Shown here: positions 36,701 to 49,600 of the stretch, in pieces | Layout of the letters: every line of letters begins with the position of its first letter | Numbering within the stretch: the stretch's first letter is position 1 | Source: Macrostomum lignano | Lineage: Eukaryota | Direction: 5' to 3' | DNA length: 64,000 nucleotides | NCBI GenBank assembly: GCA_002269645.1 | Contig: NIVC01000022.1 | Location: 310,001 to 374,000, forward strand | The notes under the pieces: generated by a model | What the model was told of the DNA's origin: nothing | Database searches by the model: none | The model's input: the letters and a program-made list of their open reading frames with translations, nothing else | Made by a program: the position numbers and the translations under genes

Positions 36701-38419
36701 GGCTGTAACTACTGTAGTCGAGGCTGTAACTACTGTAGTCGAGGCTGTAACTACTGTAGTCGAGGCTGTAACTACTGTAGTCGAGGCTGTAACTACTGTA
36801 GTCGAGGCTGTAACTACTGTAGTCGAGGATAGGCTTACTATCTGCCTGTCACGCACCGATCATAAAAGCCTACCAATTGAATCGATTCCCAGGCCAGAAA
36901 CCCAGCGTTCTCCCATTGGAAAATGGCGCAGCCAGCGCCTACCTGGTGCTGAGCTGGTCCAGACAAGATTCCGATGCCGCACTTGCCAGATGGCTGGTCG
37001 CTAAGCTGAATGAAAACTGGCATCGGGTGAGCGCAGAGAAATCCACATCGTATTGAAACTGTCTAGCCAGCCTGCAGTTGTCCGGGTCTGTCTTAGTTAG
37101 CTTACAGCTGTCCGAGTCTGTCTTAGTTAGCTTACAGCTGTCCGAGTTTGTCTTAGTTTGCTTACAGCTGTCCGAGTCTGTCTTAGCTAGCTTACAGCTG
37201 TCCGAGTCTGTCTTAGTTTGCTTACAGCTGTCCGAGTCTGTCTTAGTTAGCTTACAGCTGTCCGAGTCTGTCTTAGCTAGCTTACAGCTGTCCGAGTCTG
37301 TCTTAGCTAGCTTACAGCTGTCCGAGTCTGTCTTAGCTAGCTTACAGCTGTCTGAGTCTGTCTTAGCTAGCTTACAGCTGTCCGAGTCTGTCTTAGCTAG
37401 CTTACAGCTGTCCGAGTCTGTCTTAGCTAGCTTACAGCTGTCCGAGTCTGTCTTAGCTAGCTTACAGCTGTCTGAGTCTGTCTTAGCTAGCTTACAGCTG
37501 TCCGAGTCTGTCTTAGCTAGCTTACAGCTGTCCGAGTCTGTCTTAGCTAGCTTACAGCTGTCTGAGTCTGTCTTAGCTAGCTTACAGCTGTCCGAGTCTG
37601 TCTAGTCAGCCTATAACCATTCGCTTGTTTTTGCTCTCCAATTACTTTGTAGCAACGTTTCAAAACAATAGTTCCTTTGGCCTTTTTCAAATATTTTCCC
37701 CAGACTATCGACTTGAGCACAGACTCAACTGCCGGACTCATCGATGGCTGCCGTGCCGTGATTCTGTGCGTCTCCAAGCCATACGAATTAAACAGCCTGT
37801 GCGAGTTTGGTGAGCTCGGCATCCTTGATAACTTACTTCAATCTGAATTATTATTTTCTCATAAAAAAGAAACATTACGCTAAAAAGCTACTTGTTAGTA
37901 GTTAACTCGCTCACTAAATCGGTAAAAATCTGGAATTTTTGATTTCCAGAAGCGCACCGGGCGGAGGTGCTGGAAAAACCGCTGGTGCCTCTGCTGTGCG
38001 GCGAAGGCTACCAACCGGGAAGCTGGCTGAGCCCCATCCTGGCCAGGTACTCAGCTCAGGCCGACCTGCTAATTGACTTCTCTAAACAGAGGGACCGCGC
38101 CAAGTCATTCAGCACTTTAATCGGTCGCCTTAACGGTCAGCTTGTCGCCACGTGGACAAAGACTGCTGCGCCAGCAGTTTCAGCAGCAGCTGTCGGTGAC
38201 TTCAGCGGCTGGAGCTCCGCCGAGGTCGGCAGGTGGCTGTCCGGGCACCAGCTTCCAGCTCAGCGGCTGGGCTACCTGAACGGCCGGCACCTGGAATTCC
38301 TGGTGGAGCTGAAGCGGGAAGCGCCCGAGGCATTTTACAGGATGCTGCGAGAGGACCTGCGGCTAGACAACTTCGAGTTGGTGTTTCGCTTCACCACTGC
38401 GGTGAAGAGCCTCGGCTGA
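33738..38419 (+). CDS. ARM-like helical repeat + TIR (TIR_2-type) + C-terminal SAM-like protein, 585 aa. Exons 33738-33984, 34604-35146, 35465-35722, 36893-37026, 37704-37809, 37950-38419
   Basis: Phases 1,1,1,0,1 match. TIR elements are YLVLSWS (betaA), AVILCVSKPYELNSLCEFEA (betaC-alphaC) and KPLVPL...YQPGSWL (betaD). The SAM-like part is WSSAEVGRWL...LNGRHL. The Leu-rich helical N-half is assigned as ARM-like by inference. Confidence 0.8.
34120..34510. repeat. 21-bp minisatellite (CCTGACACCTGATTTAGCAGT)
   Basis: TIR-gene intron 1. Confidence 0.95.
36395..36828. repeat. 21-bp minisatellite (GAGGCTGTAACTACTGTAGTC)
   Basis: TIR-gene intron 3, upstream of the acceptor at 36892. Confidence 0.95.
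37068..37605. repeat. 30-bp minisatellite (AGCTTACAGCTGTCCGAGTCTGTCTTAGCT)
   Basis: About 18 copies, TIR-gene intron 4. Confidence 0.96.
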
Positions 38420-38444
38420 GAGGGCGCTCGGAAATGTAGATGAA

Positions 38445-39315
38445 GATGGGAAGCTGGGGAAGATGTGAAGGATGAGGGAGATAAAAGGATGAAAGAGATG
38501 GGAGGATGAGTGAGATGGGAGGATGAGGTAGATGGAAGGATGAAGGAGATGGGAGGATGAGTGAGATGGGAGGATGAGGTAGATGGAAGGATGAAGGAGA
38601 TGGGAGGATGAGGGAGATGGGAGGATGGGGGAGATGAGAGGATGAGGGAGATGGGAGGATGAAGGAGATGGGAGGATGGGGGAGATGAGAGGATGAGGGA
38701 GATGGGAGGATGGGGGAAATGAGAGGATGAGGTAGATGGAAGGATGAAGGAAATGGGAGGATGAGGGAGATGGGAGGATGGGGGAGATGAGAGGATGAGG
38801 GAGATGGGAGGATGGGGGAAATGAGAGGATGAGTGAGATGGGAGGATGGGGGAGATGTGAGGATGAGGGAGATGGGAGGATGGGGGAGATGTGAGGATGA
38901 GGGAGATGGGAGGATGAGTGAGATGGGAGGATGAGGGAGATGGGAGGATGGGGGAGATGTGAGGATGAGGGAGATGGGAGGATGAGAGAGATGGAAGGTT
39001 GAGGGAGATGGGAGGATGAGAGAGATGAGAGGATGAGGTAGATGGGAGGATGAAGGAGATGGGAGGATGAAGGAGATGGGAGGATGAGAGAGATGGGAGG
39101 ATGAGAGAGATGGGAGGATGAGAGAGATGAGAGGATGAGGGAGATGGGAGGATGAGGGAGATGGGAGGATGAGGGAGATGGGAGGATGAGGGAGATGGGA
39201 GGATGAGGGAGATGGGAGTATGAGAGAGATGAGAGGATGAGGGAGATGGGAGGATGAGGGAGATGGGAGGATGAGGGAGATGGGAGGATGGGGGAGATGG
39301 GAGGATGAGAGAGGT
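38445..39315. repeat. Purine/G-rich 17-bp minisatellite (GGGAGATGGGAGGATGA)
   Basis: Essentially C-free on the + strand; starts ~25 nt after the TIR-gene stop. Confidence 0.96.
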
Positions 39316-39684
39316 AGATGATAAAAGAACAGAGGCTGCGATGGTTACTAAGGACTAAATATTGCCTTGCTACTCTCCCACAGTTTTCTATTTATAACCA
39401 TGTGAGTACGTGAGCGCATGTACGTATTTCTTTGCAGTATTCAGGCTAAATATTTATACTATTTATATCATTTAAAAATCTGTGATTTAGAATTCTGACT
39501 CTGCTCATATCTTAGATATATTTTTATTGTCTTTATTGGACTCTGACAGCTGAAGCTTACAATAAATTTCTCGAATCAGCTTCCATGAACTGCTTTTTAA
39601 TTGAGGAGCTTTTAAATATTTGCGCGCTTTGTGACTTTTTGCTGGTCATTTTTAGTGCATCATGCACAGGTATTGAAATACCCC

Positions 39685-40400
39685 CTCAGCAATCCCCCAT
39701 CTCCATCAGCAACCCCCCAAATCCCTATCAGCAATCCCCAATCCCTATCAGCAATCCCCAATCCCTATCAGCAATCCCCCATCCCCATCAGCAATCCCCA
39801 ATCCCCATCAGCAATCCCCAATCCCCATCAGCAACCCCCCAAATCCCTATCAGCAATCCCCAATCCCTATCAGCAATCCCCAATCCCTATCAGCAATCCC
39901 CATCCCCATCAGCAATCCCCAATCCCCATCAGCAACCCCCCAAATCCCCATCAGCAATCCCCAATCCCTATCAGCAATCCCCAATCCCCATCAGCAATCA
40001 CCAATCCCTATCAGCAATCCCCAATCCCCATCAGCAATCTCCAATCCCCATCAGCAATCCCCAATCCCTATCAGCAATCCCCCATCCCCATCAGCAATCC
40101 CCAATCCCTATCAGCAATCCCCCATCTCCATCAGCAATCCCCAATCCCTATCAGCAATCTCCAATCCCCATCAGCAATCCCCAATCCCTATCAGCAATCC
40201 CCCATCCCCATCAGCAATCCCCCATCCCCATAAGCAATCCCCAATCCCTATCAGCAATCCCCCATCCCCATCAGCAATCCCCAATCCCCATCAGCAACCC
40301 CCCAAATCCCTATTAGCAATCCCCAATCCCCATCAGCAATCCCCCATCTCCATCAGCAATCCCCCATCCCCATCAGCAATCCCCAATCCCCCATCAGCAA
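39685..40400. repeat. C-rich ~20-bp minisatellite (CCCAATCCCCATCAGCAATC), G-rich on the - strand
   Basis: Direct tandem copies. Confidence 0.96.
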
Positions 40401-40518
40401 TCGACTCAGGCTCCAAATCACCTCGACCATTCAGATTTTACAATTCAGTTCAAATTTGAAGTCTATAAATTTTATTGAGAATTTCACGCTATTAGTTTAT
40501 AATATTGGCTACGCGCTA

Positions 40519-42816
40519 CTAGAAGTAGTGCAAAATCTCGGTGGTGTTGACGAAATTGGCGAACAACATCATGGCCTGGCACAGGGTGAGGCGGTGGATG
40601 CCGTGCAGGTCGTACTGGCTGAGGATGCCCTCGGCCTCCTTGTGCTTCAGGTCCACTCCGTTCTGAGCGTACAGGTACACCAGCTTGCGGAGGCTGAGCA
40701 GCTGGAACTTGTCCAGCAGCTGGGCGATGCTCTGGTACATCAGCTTCATCTTGCGCAGTGTAATCACCTGAGTGAAGACCGGACGGCGAGGGTCTCGCGG
40801 TGGGGGGGGGGGCGAAACAACAGACACAACAACCCATCAGACACAGCACAACAGACACAACAACCCAGCCGACACAGCACAAGAGACACAACAGCCCAGC
40901 AGACAGAATTCAACAGACAACAACTCAGCAAACACAACAACCCATCAGACACAACACAACAGACACAACAACCCATCAGACACAACACAACAACCCAACA
41001 GACACAATAACCTCAGACACAACACAACAGACACAACACAACAGACACAACAACCCAACAGACACAACAACCCAACAGACACAACAACCCAACAGACACA
41101 ACAACCCAACAGACACAACAACACACCAGACACAACAACCCAACAGACACAACACAACAGACACAGGACAACAGACACAACCCAACAGACACAACAACCC
41201 AACAGACACAACAACCCAACAGACACAGCACAACAGACACAACAACCCAGCCGACACAGCACAAGAGACACAACAGCCCAGCAGACAGAATTCAACAGAC
41301 AACAACTCAGCAAACACAACAACCCATCAGACACAACACAACAGACACAACAACCCATCAGACACAACACAACAACCCAACAGACACAATAACCTCAGAC
41401 ACAACACAACAGACACAACACAACAGACACAACAACCCAACAGACACAACAACCCAACAGACACAACAACCCAACAGACACAACAACCCAACAGACACAA
41501 CAACACACCAGACACAACAACCCAACAGACACAATAACCTCAGACACAACACAACAGACACAGGACAACAGACACAACCCAACAGACACAACAACCCAAC
41601 AGACACAACAACCCAACAGACACATCACAACGGACACAACAACCCAACAGACACAACAACCCAACAGACACAACAACCTCAGACACAATGCTCCAAACTT
41701 CCTCACTGCCTACCTGACTCTCAGTGCTGAGAATGCCGAAGAAGCCGTCCACCAGCTGCTGGAAGGTGAGCTCCAGGTTGCCCATGGACACCAGCGGCAG
41801 TTCGTCGGGCTGAGGCGAGTAGTGGCTGTAGAAGCCGGAGGCGAACTGCAGCAGCCGGCGGGAGGAGCAGTTCACGCCGAACAGGCAGAGGCAGTAGGCC
41901 AGCTGGGGCAGCCTGCGGCGCAAGAATTCACATTTGAAGTCCTTCTTTAAGTTCATAGATAGGCTGTGGCCACCCAACCACATCGTTGACATCATCCCAC
42001 AATCAGGGCTGATGCCCCGAGTCCCTCCGATCCCCGACTCCCCAACTGGGATTCTGATGCCCCGAGTCCCTCCGATCCCCGAACTCCCAGACTGGGATTC
42101 TGATTCCCCGAGTCCCTCCGATCCCCGAATTCCCAATCTGGGATTCTGATCCCCGTGTCTCGATCGGATCCCCGAACTCCCAAACTGGGATTCTGATCCC
42201 CGTGTCTCGATCGGATCCCCGAACTCCCAAACTGGGATTCTGATCCCCGTGTCTCGATCGGATCCCCGAACTCCCAAACTGGGATTCTGATCCCCGTGTC
42301 TCGATCGGATCCCCGAACTCCCAAACTGGGATTCTGATCCCCGTGTCTCGATCGGATCCCCGAACTCCCAAACTGGGATTCTGATCCCCGTGTCTCGATC
42401 GGATCCCCGAACTCCCAAACTGGGATTCTGATCCCCGTGTTAAGCGGGGAAGCATCGCAGACGGTGCTGCCCAGTGTCGACCTGAGCTTCTCGTCCAGGT
42501 CGAATCTCTGGTCCAGGATGAGGCGCAGCAGATCGGTCAGGGACTCCTTCTCCCCGCCAGTCATGTACAGGTCGCTGGCAGGGTAGGCCAGCACGTTCAG
42601 TTGGTTGCTGCGCATGATTTTGCCCTTGACGAAGTAGAGCTTCTGGCGCAGGATGGTGAGCTTGTTGACGCCCTCGTTGAGCATGAGCAGCTGCGGCTCG
42701 CCCAGATTGCTGGCGTAGTGAACAGCGATGCACTCGCCGGCTGAGTACACCTGCGAGATCTTGGCATCCAGCTCGGCCAGCTGCTGCATCAAATCCGAGC
42801 TGAATCCGGTTGACAT
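40519..42816 (-). CDS. Uncharacterised ~277-aa protein with a degenerate EF-hand-like C-terminus. Exons 42816-42482, 41963-41714, 40767-40519
   Basis: Three GC-rich, codon-biased segments joined in phase (2,0). The second junction (CAG|GTAGGC; CTCAG|GTG) is strong. The first donor (AG|GTCGAC) is weak and the 5' end is uncertain. EAEGILSQYDLHGIHRLTLCQAMMLF is EF-hand-like. Confidence 0.55.
40815..41690. repeat. CAACAGACACAA-type minisatellite with internal larger duplications
   Basis: Fills the intron; the block CAGCAGACAGAATTCAACAGACAACAACTCAGC occurs twice (~40897 and ~41280). Confidence 0.93.
42010..42440. repeat. 47-bp minisatellite (CTGGGATTCTGATCCCCGTGTCTCGATCGGATCCCCGAACTCCCAAA) plus degenerate copies
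   Basis: About 6-7 near-identical copies and about 3 diverged ones. Confidence 0.95.
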
Positions 42817-43169
42817 CTGAGCTGTTGAGCTGCCCAATCTGTGACAGTCTTGAATAGGAATTGCCTGGCTTGTCAGCTAAAGTTTTGCACTGCTTTTACA
42901 TCTGTAGCCGTTTCTTTAATTTAAACTGGGTCCGAATGCAGAGCTGTTATTTTAGGCCATAGACATACTCGATGCCGATCGACTATTCGATGCTGACTAC
43001 CCCTGACTGTAGCAAGGGATGCTACTCAGACCAGAGGATGTTACTCAGGGGAGCAGTTTTATTGGTGCGGTGCATAGTGGGGTTTAGGAAACAAAAATGT
43101 TCTCATGGTCTCAGAGGGCATTCGGCGCCATGCTTTCTGAGCGTCACAACAGCAGTAATGTCTCAATAT

Positions 43170-44094
<925 letters not shown>

Positions 44095-44419
44095 GTAATC
44101 TACAACAATATTTTGTTTGGAATAGTTTTTGTCAAAATTCTAAGATTTAATTGATGCAGCCAAATAAAGAAAAGCATGTATTTTTATACACTGGGGCATA
44201 CCATGGAACCTTACATTGTACTCAGAAAATATCGTGTTTCTAGGGAAACGCTTGCAATGAACTCGGCAGGCTCGAACATAAGACTGAGTGGCACTGGCTG
44301 CTGAAATTTGGTTTGATCAGCGAATCTCGCTGCAGGCAAGGAAAATGACCCTGTTGAAAAAAACTGAAACAGGATGAGAGGTTGAGACCGTCGGTGAAGT
44401 CTAGCACAGCAGTTTAGTA

Positions 44420-45659
44420 CTAATAGTAGCCAGACGTGGGCGTGGTGCCGTACATGATGGAGCGGCACTCGTCCTCGTGCTGACTGAGCGCGTGCCAGGG
44501 CACGGCGGAGTGGCAGTAGCGGCACTCCTTCACGTGCCGGTTCTTCTCCAGCCGCTTGAGCGGGTGGTTGCGGCTGTACCAGTTGCGGATGAGGTAGCCG
44601 GGCTCCGTGCCTCTGGCCGTGTCGTTCGTGGCCGCCTCCACCTGGAAGGTGTCAATCAATAAATTTGCCTTTGTTCAGTATGCCAAGCCGTCCAGAAATT
44701 ATTGACATAATGAGGCGGGTGGATAATGAGGTGGGTGGATAATGAGGTGGGTGGATAATGAGGTAGGTAAAGCAGTGGAGGTATTTGAGCAAAGAGGCAT
44801 ATAGGGATGAGGCAGATGGTTGATGAGGTAGATGGTGATGAGGTAGATGGTGATGAGGCAGATTTTGATGAGGCGGATGATGATGAGGCAGATGTTAATG
44901 AGGCAGATGTTGATGAGGCAGATAAATATGAGGCAGATGATGATGAGGCAGATGTTGATGAGGCAGATAGTGATGAGGCAGATGATGATGAGGCAGATAG
45001 TGATGAGGCAGATGATGATGAGGCAGATAGTGATGAGGCAGATGATGATGAGGCAGACAGTGATGAGGCAGATGGTGATAAGGCAGATGATGATGAGGCA
45101 GATGGTGATGAGGCAGGTGGTGATGAGGCGGATGGTGATGAGGCAGATGATGATGAGGCAGATGGTGATGAGGCGGATGGTGATGAGGCGGATGAGTGAC
45201 AACACCTGCGCCCGAGAGCAGACGCAGCGCATCGCTCACATCCTTCTTGCACTTGGCCTGGTGGGTGAGCAGCGAGGCGGAGCCGAACTCCACGCCGCAG
45301 TAGCGACACGGCGTGCCCTTGGACTGCGAGTCGGCGAAGTCGAACTCCAAGTTGCGCTTGAGAAACTCTGGGATCGTGGCGCCCATGTCGCGCAGGTATT
45401 TCTGCTCCCCATCCTGCCCGGAGGACCAGCTGAGCGGCACCGGCATCATGATGGCCGGCTCCTCGCCGAGGAAGTTTCGAACCCCGGACGGCAGCTCGCT
45501 GGTCATCTGGAACTGGCCGACATTCGTCAGTTGCTCGGGGCCGAACGGGCTCGGGCGCGAGTAGGTCGACTGACGCGACGACGAGGCCTTCTCCGCTGAG
45601 CTGTCGAATTTCACCCGGCGGCTGCTGCCGGCGCTGTTGCGGCTGTTGCTGACCGACAT
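44420..45659 (-). CDS. 213-aa protein with two C-x2-C-x11-H-x3-C (C2HC/TRAF/UBZ-like) zinc fingers. Exons 45659-45240 and 44641-44420
   Basis: CRYCGVEFGSASLLTHQAKC and CRYCHSAVPWHALSQHEDEC. Donor GAT|GTGAGC and acceptor TTCCAG|GTG, both phase 0. Confidence 0.75.
44705..45198. repeat. 15-bp minisatellite (GATGATGATGAGGCA), intron of the zinc-finger gene
   Basis: Direct tandem copies. Confidence 0.93.
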
Positions 45660-45924
45660 TTCTTGAGTTCAGGGCGAATTTGCTTGCTGAGTTTTTTTTT
45701 TTTAACGCTTGGCACTCGAGTTGTACTTTTAATAGCCGGATTAGATATGAGTATCCCGGTCTCGGACATAGACTATAGATGGGGCCTTTGGTGTGTCTGC
45801 CATTTTCAGGGCTCAGAGTAGAGAAGCGCAAAGTGTTTTATAAGCTCGAAATTTTATTTGAAGTGTTGAACTCGTAAAGTGAAGAGTCTTCAAGGATGTG
45901 AAATTTTGAGCTTCCCAAAACGGT

Positions 45925-46430
45925 GTCCCAAGGAGGCGGGGGTCAGGAGGTGCATGAAGACTGTCAGGAGGCAGAGGTCAGGAGGTGCATGGAGAGTGTC
46001 AGGAGGCAGAGGTCAGGAGGTGCATGGAGACTGTCAGGAGGCAGAGGTCAGAAGGTGCATGGAGACTGTCGGGATGCGGGGGTCAGGAGGTGCATGGAGA
46101 CTGTCGGGATGCGGGGGTCAGGAGGTGCATGGAGACTGTCAGGAGGCAGAGGTCAGGAGGTGCATGGAGAGTGTCAGGAGGCAGAGGTCAGGAGGTGCAT
46201 GGAGAGTGTCAAGATGCGGGGGTCAGGAGGCAAGGGGTCAGGAGGCAAGGGGTCAGGAGGCAAGGGGTCAGGAGGCAAGGGGTCAGGAGGCAAGGGGTCA
46301 GGAGGCAAGGGGTCAGGAGGCAAGGGGTCAGGAGGCAAGGGGTCAGGAGGCAAGGGGTCAGGAGGCAAGGGGTCAGGAGGCAAGGGGTCAGGAGGTACAT
46401 GAAGACTGTCAGGAGACAGGGGTCAGGAGT
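45925..46430. repeat. G-rich minisatellite (38-bp GGTCAGGAGGTGCATGGAGA-containing unit, then 15-bp GGGTCAGGAGGCAAG)
   Basis: Direct tandem copies. Confidence 0.93.
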
Positions 46431-46689
46431 TACTTGAGCAACGGCATCTCTTGAACCCGGCTGTGAGAACAGACAACTTTCATATTGATTTTGGTAGTTC
46501 ACAGCTGAACTTCAAAACGAATTTGGTCACCATGCTGCAGCAGTTATATTTAGAATCGATTTTTTCTGGCAGTTAATGACTAAAAAATAAAGAATAGAAA
46601 AACAGTGCCAAGAAAATGATCAACTGAGCCCTTCTTTGCTTTCAGCGATTGTTGGCCAGTCAAAGTCAAAGAAAAATGTCGACAACTGC

Positions 46690-49600
46690 TCAAGCATCGG
46701 ACTCGGTCACCATGGACTTCCTGACGGGAGGGGTCCGGCAGCTGTACACCGCGGACACCAGGCCGATGAAGGCCAGCAGGATGAGGCAGAGGCTGCCGGT
46801 GGAAATGCCGGCGTGCACGTACGGGCTTCTGGTGATCTGAGGCGATGGTGAGTGAGGCGTTAAGGTGCGTTACGGGACAGTGGGTGTATCAGGGGGACAG
46901 TGGGTGCGTCAGGGTACAGTGGGTGTATCAGGGGGACAGTGGGTGCGTCAGGGTACAGTGGGTGTATCAGGGGGACAGTGGGTGCGTCAGGGGACAGTGG
47001 GTGTATCAGGGGGACAGTGGGTGCGTCAGGGGACAGTGGGTGTATCAGGGGGACAGTGGGGACAGTGGGTGCGTCAGGGGGACAGTGGGTATATCAGGGG
47101 GACAGTGGGTGTGTCAGAGACACAGTGGGTTGTAGGCACCTGCTGCCCAGTGCTTGCATTCGCTCTCTACATGGGTGTGTCAGGGAGACAGTGGGTGTGT
47201 CAGGGAGACAGTGGGTGTGTCAGAGGGACAGTGGGTGTGTCAGAGGGACAGTGGGTGTGTCAGGAGGACAGTGGGTGCGTCAGGGGGACAGTGGGTATAT
47301 CAGGGGGACAGTGGGTGTGTCAGAGACACAGTGGGTTGTAGGCACCTGCTGCCCAGTGCTTGCATTCGCTCTCTACATGGGTGTGTCAGGGAGACAGTGG
47401 GTGTGTCAGGGAGACAGTGGGTGTGTCAGAGGGACAGTGGGTGTGTCAGAGGGACAGTGGGTGTGTCAGGAGGACAGTGGGTGTGTCAGGAGGACAGTGG
47501 GTGTGTCAGGAGGACAGTGGGTGTGTCAGAGACACAGTGGGTTGTAGGCACCTGCTGCCCAGTGCTTGCATTCGCTCTCTACATGGGTGTGTCAGGGAGA
47601 CAGTGGGTGTGTCAGGGAGACAGTGGGTGTGTCAGAGGGACAGTGGGTGTGTCAGGAGGACAGTGGGTGTGTCAGAGGGACAGTGGGTGTGTCAGGGGGA
47701 CAGTGGGTGTGTCAGGGGGACAGTGGGTGTGTCAGGAGGACAGTGGATGTGTCAGGAGGACAGTGGGTGTGTCAGAGGGACAGTGGGTGCGTCAGGGGAC
47801 AGTGGGTGTATCAGGGGGACAGTGGGGACAGTGGGTGCGTCAGGGGGACAGTGGGTATATCAGGGGGACAGTGGGTGTATCAGGGGGACAGTGGGTGCGT
47901 CAGGGGACAGTGGGTGTATCAGGGGGACAGTGGGGACAGTGGGTGCGTCAGGGGGACAGTGGGTATATCAGGGGGACAGTGGGTGTGTCAGGGAGACAGT
48001 GGGTGTGTCAGAGGGACAGTGGGTGTGTCAGAGGGACAGTGGGTGTGTCAGGAAGACAGTGGGTGTGTCAGGAGGACAGTGGGTGTGTCAGGAGGACAGT
48101 GGGTGTGTCAGGAGGACAGTGGGTGTGTCAGAGGGACAGTGGGTGTGTCAGGAGGACAGTGGGTGTGTCAGGAGGACAGTGGGTGTGTCAGGAGGACAGT
48201 GGGTGTGTCAGAGGGACAGTGGGTGTATCAGTGGGACAGTGGGGACAGTGGGTGCGTCAGGGGGACAGTGGGTATATCAGGGGGACAGTGGGTGTGTCAG
48301 AGACACAGTGGGTTGTAGGCACCTGCTGCCCAGTGCTTGCATTCGCTCTCTACATGGGTGTGTCAGGGAGACAGTGGGTGTGTCAGGGAGACAGTGGGTG
48401 TGTCAGAGGGACAGTGGGTGTGTCAGAGGGACAGTGGGTGTGTCAGGAGGACAGTGGGTGTGTCAGGAGGACAGTGGGTGTGTCAGAGACACAGTGGGTG
48501 TGTCAGGAGGACAGTGGGTGTGTCAGGAGGACAGTGGGTGTGTCAGGAGGACAGTGGGTGTGTCAGGGGGACAGTGGGTGTGTCAGAGGGACAGTGGGTG
48601 TGTCAGGGGGACAATGGGTGTGTCAGGGGGACAGTGGGTGTGTCAGGAGGACAGTGGATGTGTCAGGGGACAGTGGGTGCGTCAGGGGGACAATGGGTGT
48701 GTCAGGTGGACAGTGGGTGTCATAGAAGGCATAATAAGTGTGTCAGGGGGACAGTGGGTTTCATAGAAGGCATAATAAGTGTGTCAGGGGGACAGTGGGT
48801 GTCATAGAAGGCATAAAAGTGTGTCAGGGGGACAGTGGGTGTCATAGAAGGCATAATAAGTGTGTCAGGGGGACAGTGGGTGTCATAGAAGGCATAATAA
48901 GTGTGTCAGGGGGACAGTGGGTGTCATAGAAGGCATAATAAGTGTGTCAGGGGGACAGTGGGTGTCATAGAAGGCATAATAAGTGTGTCAGGGGGACAGT
49001 GGGTGTCATAGAAGGCATAATAAGTGTGTCAGGGGGACAGTGGGTGTCATAGAAGGCATAAAAGTGTGTCAGGGGGACAGTGGGTGTGTCAGGGGGACAG
49101 TGGGTGTGTCAGAGGGACAGTGGGTGTGTCAGGAGGACAGTGGGTGTGTCAGGGGACAGTGGATGTGTCAGGGGGACAATGGGTGTGTCAGGGGGACAGT
49201 GGGTGTGTCAGGGGGACAGTGGGTGTGTCAGGGGGACAGTGGGTGTGTCAGGAGGACAGTGGGTGTGTCAGGGGACAGTGGGTGTGTCAGGGGGACAATG
49301 GGTGTGTCAGGTGGACAGTGGGTGTCATAGAAGGCATAATAAGTGTGTCAGGGAGACAGTGGGTGTCAAGGAAGGCATAATAAGTGTGTCAGGGGGACAG
49401 TGGGTGTCATAGAAGGCATAATAAGTGTGTCAGGGGGACAGTGGGTGTCATAGAAGGCATAATAAGTGTGTCAGGGGGACAGTGGGTGTCATAGAAGGCA
49501 TAATAAGTGTGTCAGGGGGACAGTGGGTGTGTCAGAAGGACAGTGGGTGTGTCAGGAGGACAGTGGGTGTGTCAGGGGACAGTGGGTGTGTCAGGGGGAC

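Noticed and set aside
44807-45199. Poly-(DDDEA) acidic ORF and the His-Pro extension of ORF 44895-45659
   Set aside because: A 15-bp intronic array. The GAT|GTGAGC donor at 45240 is in phase with the next exon and removes it; the alternative donor at 45206 is out of phase.
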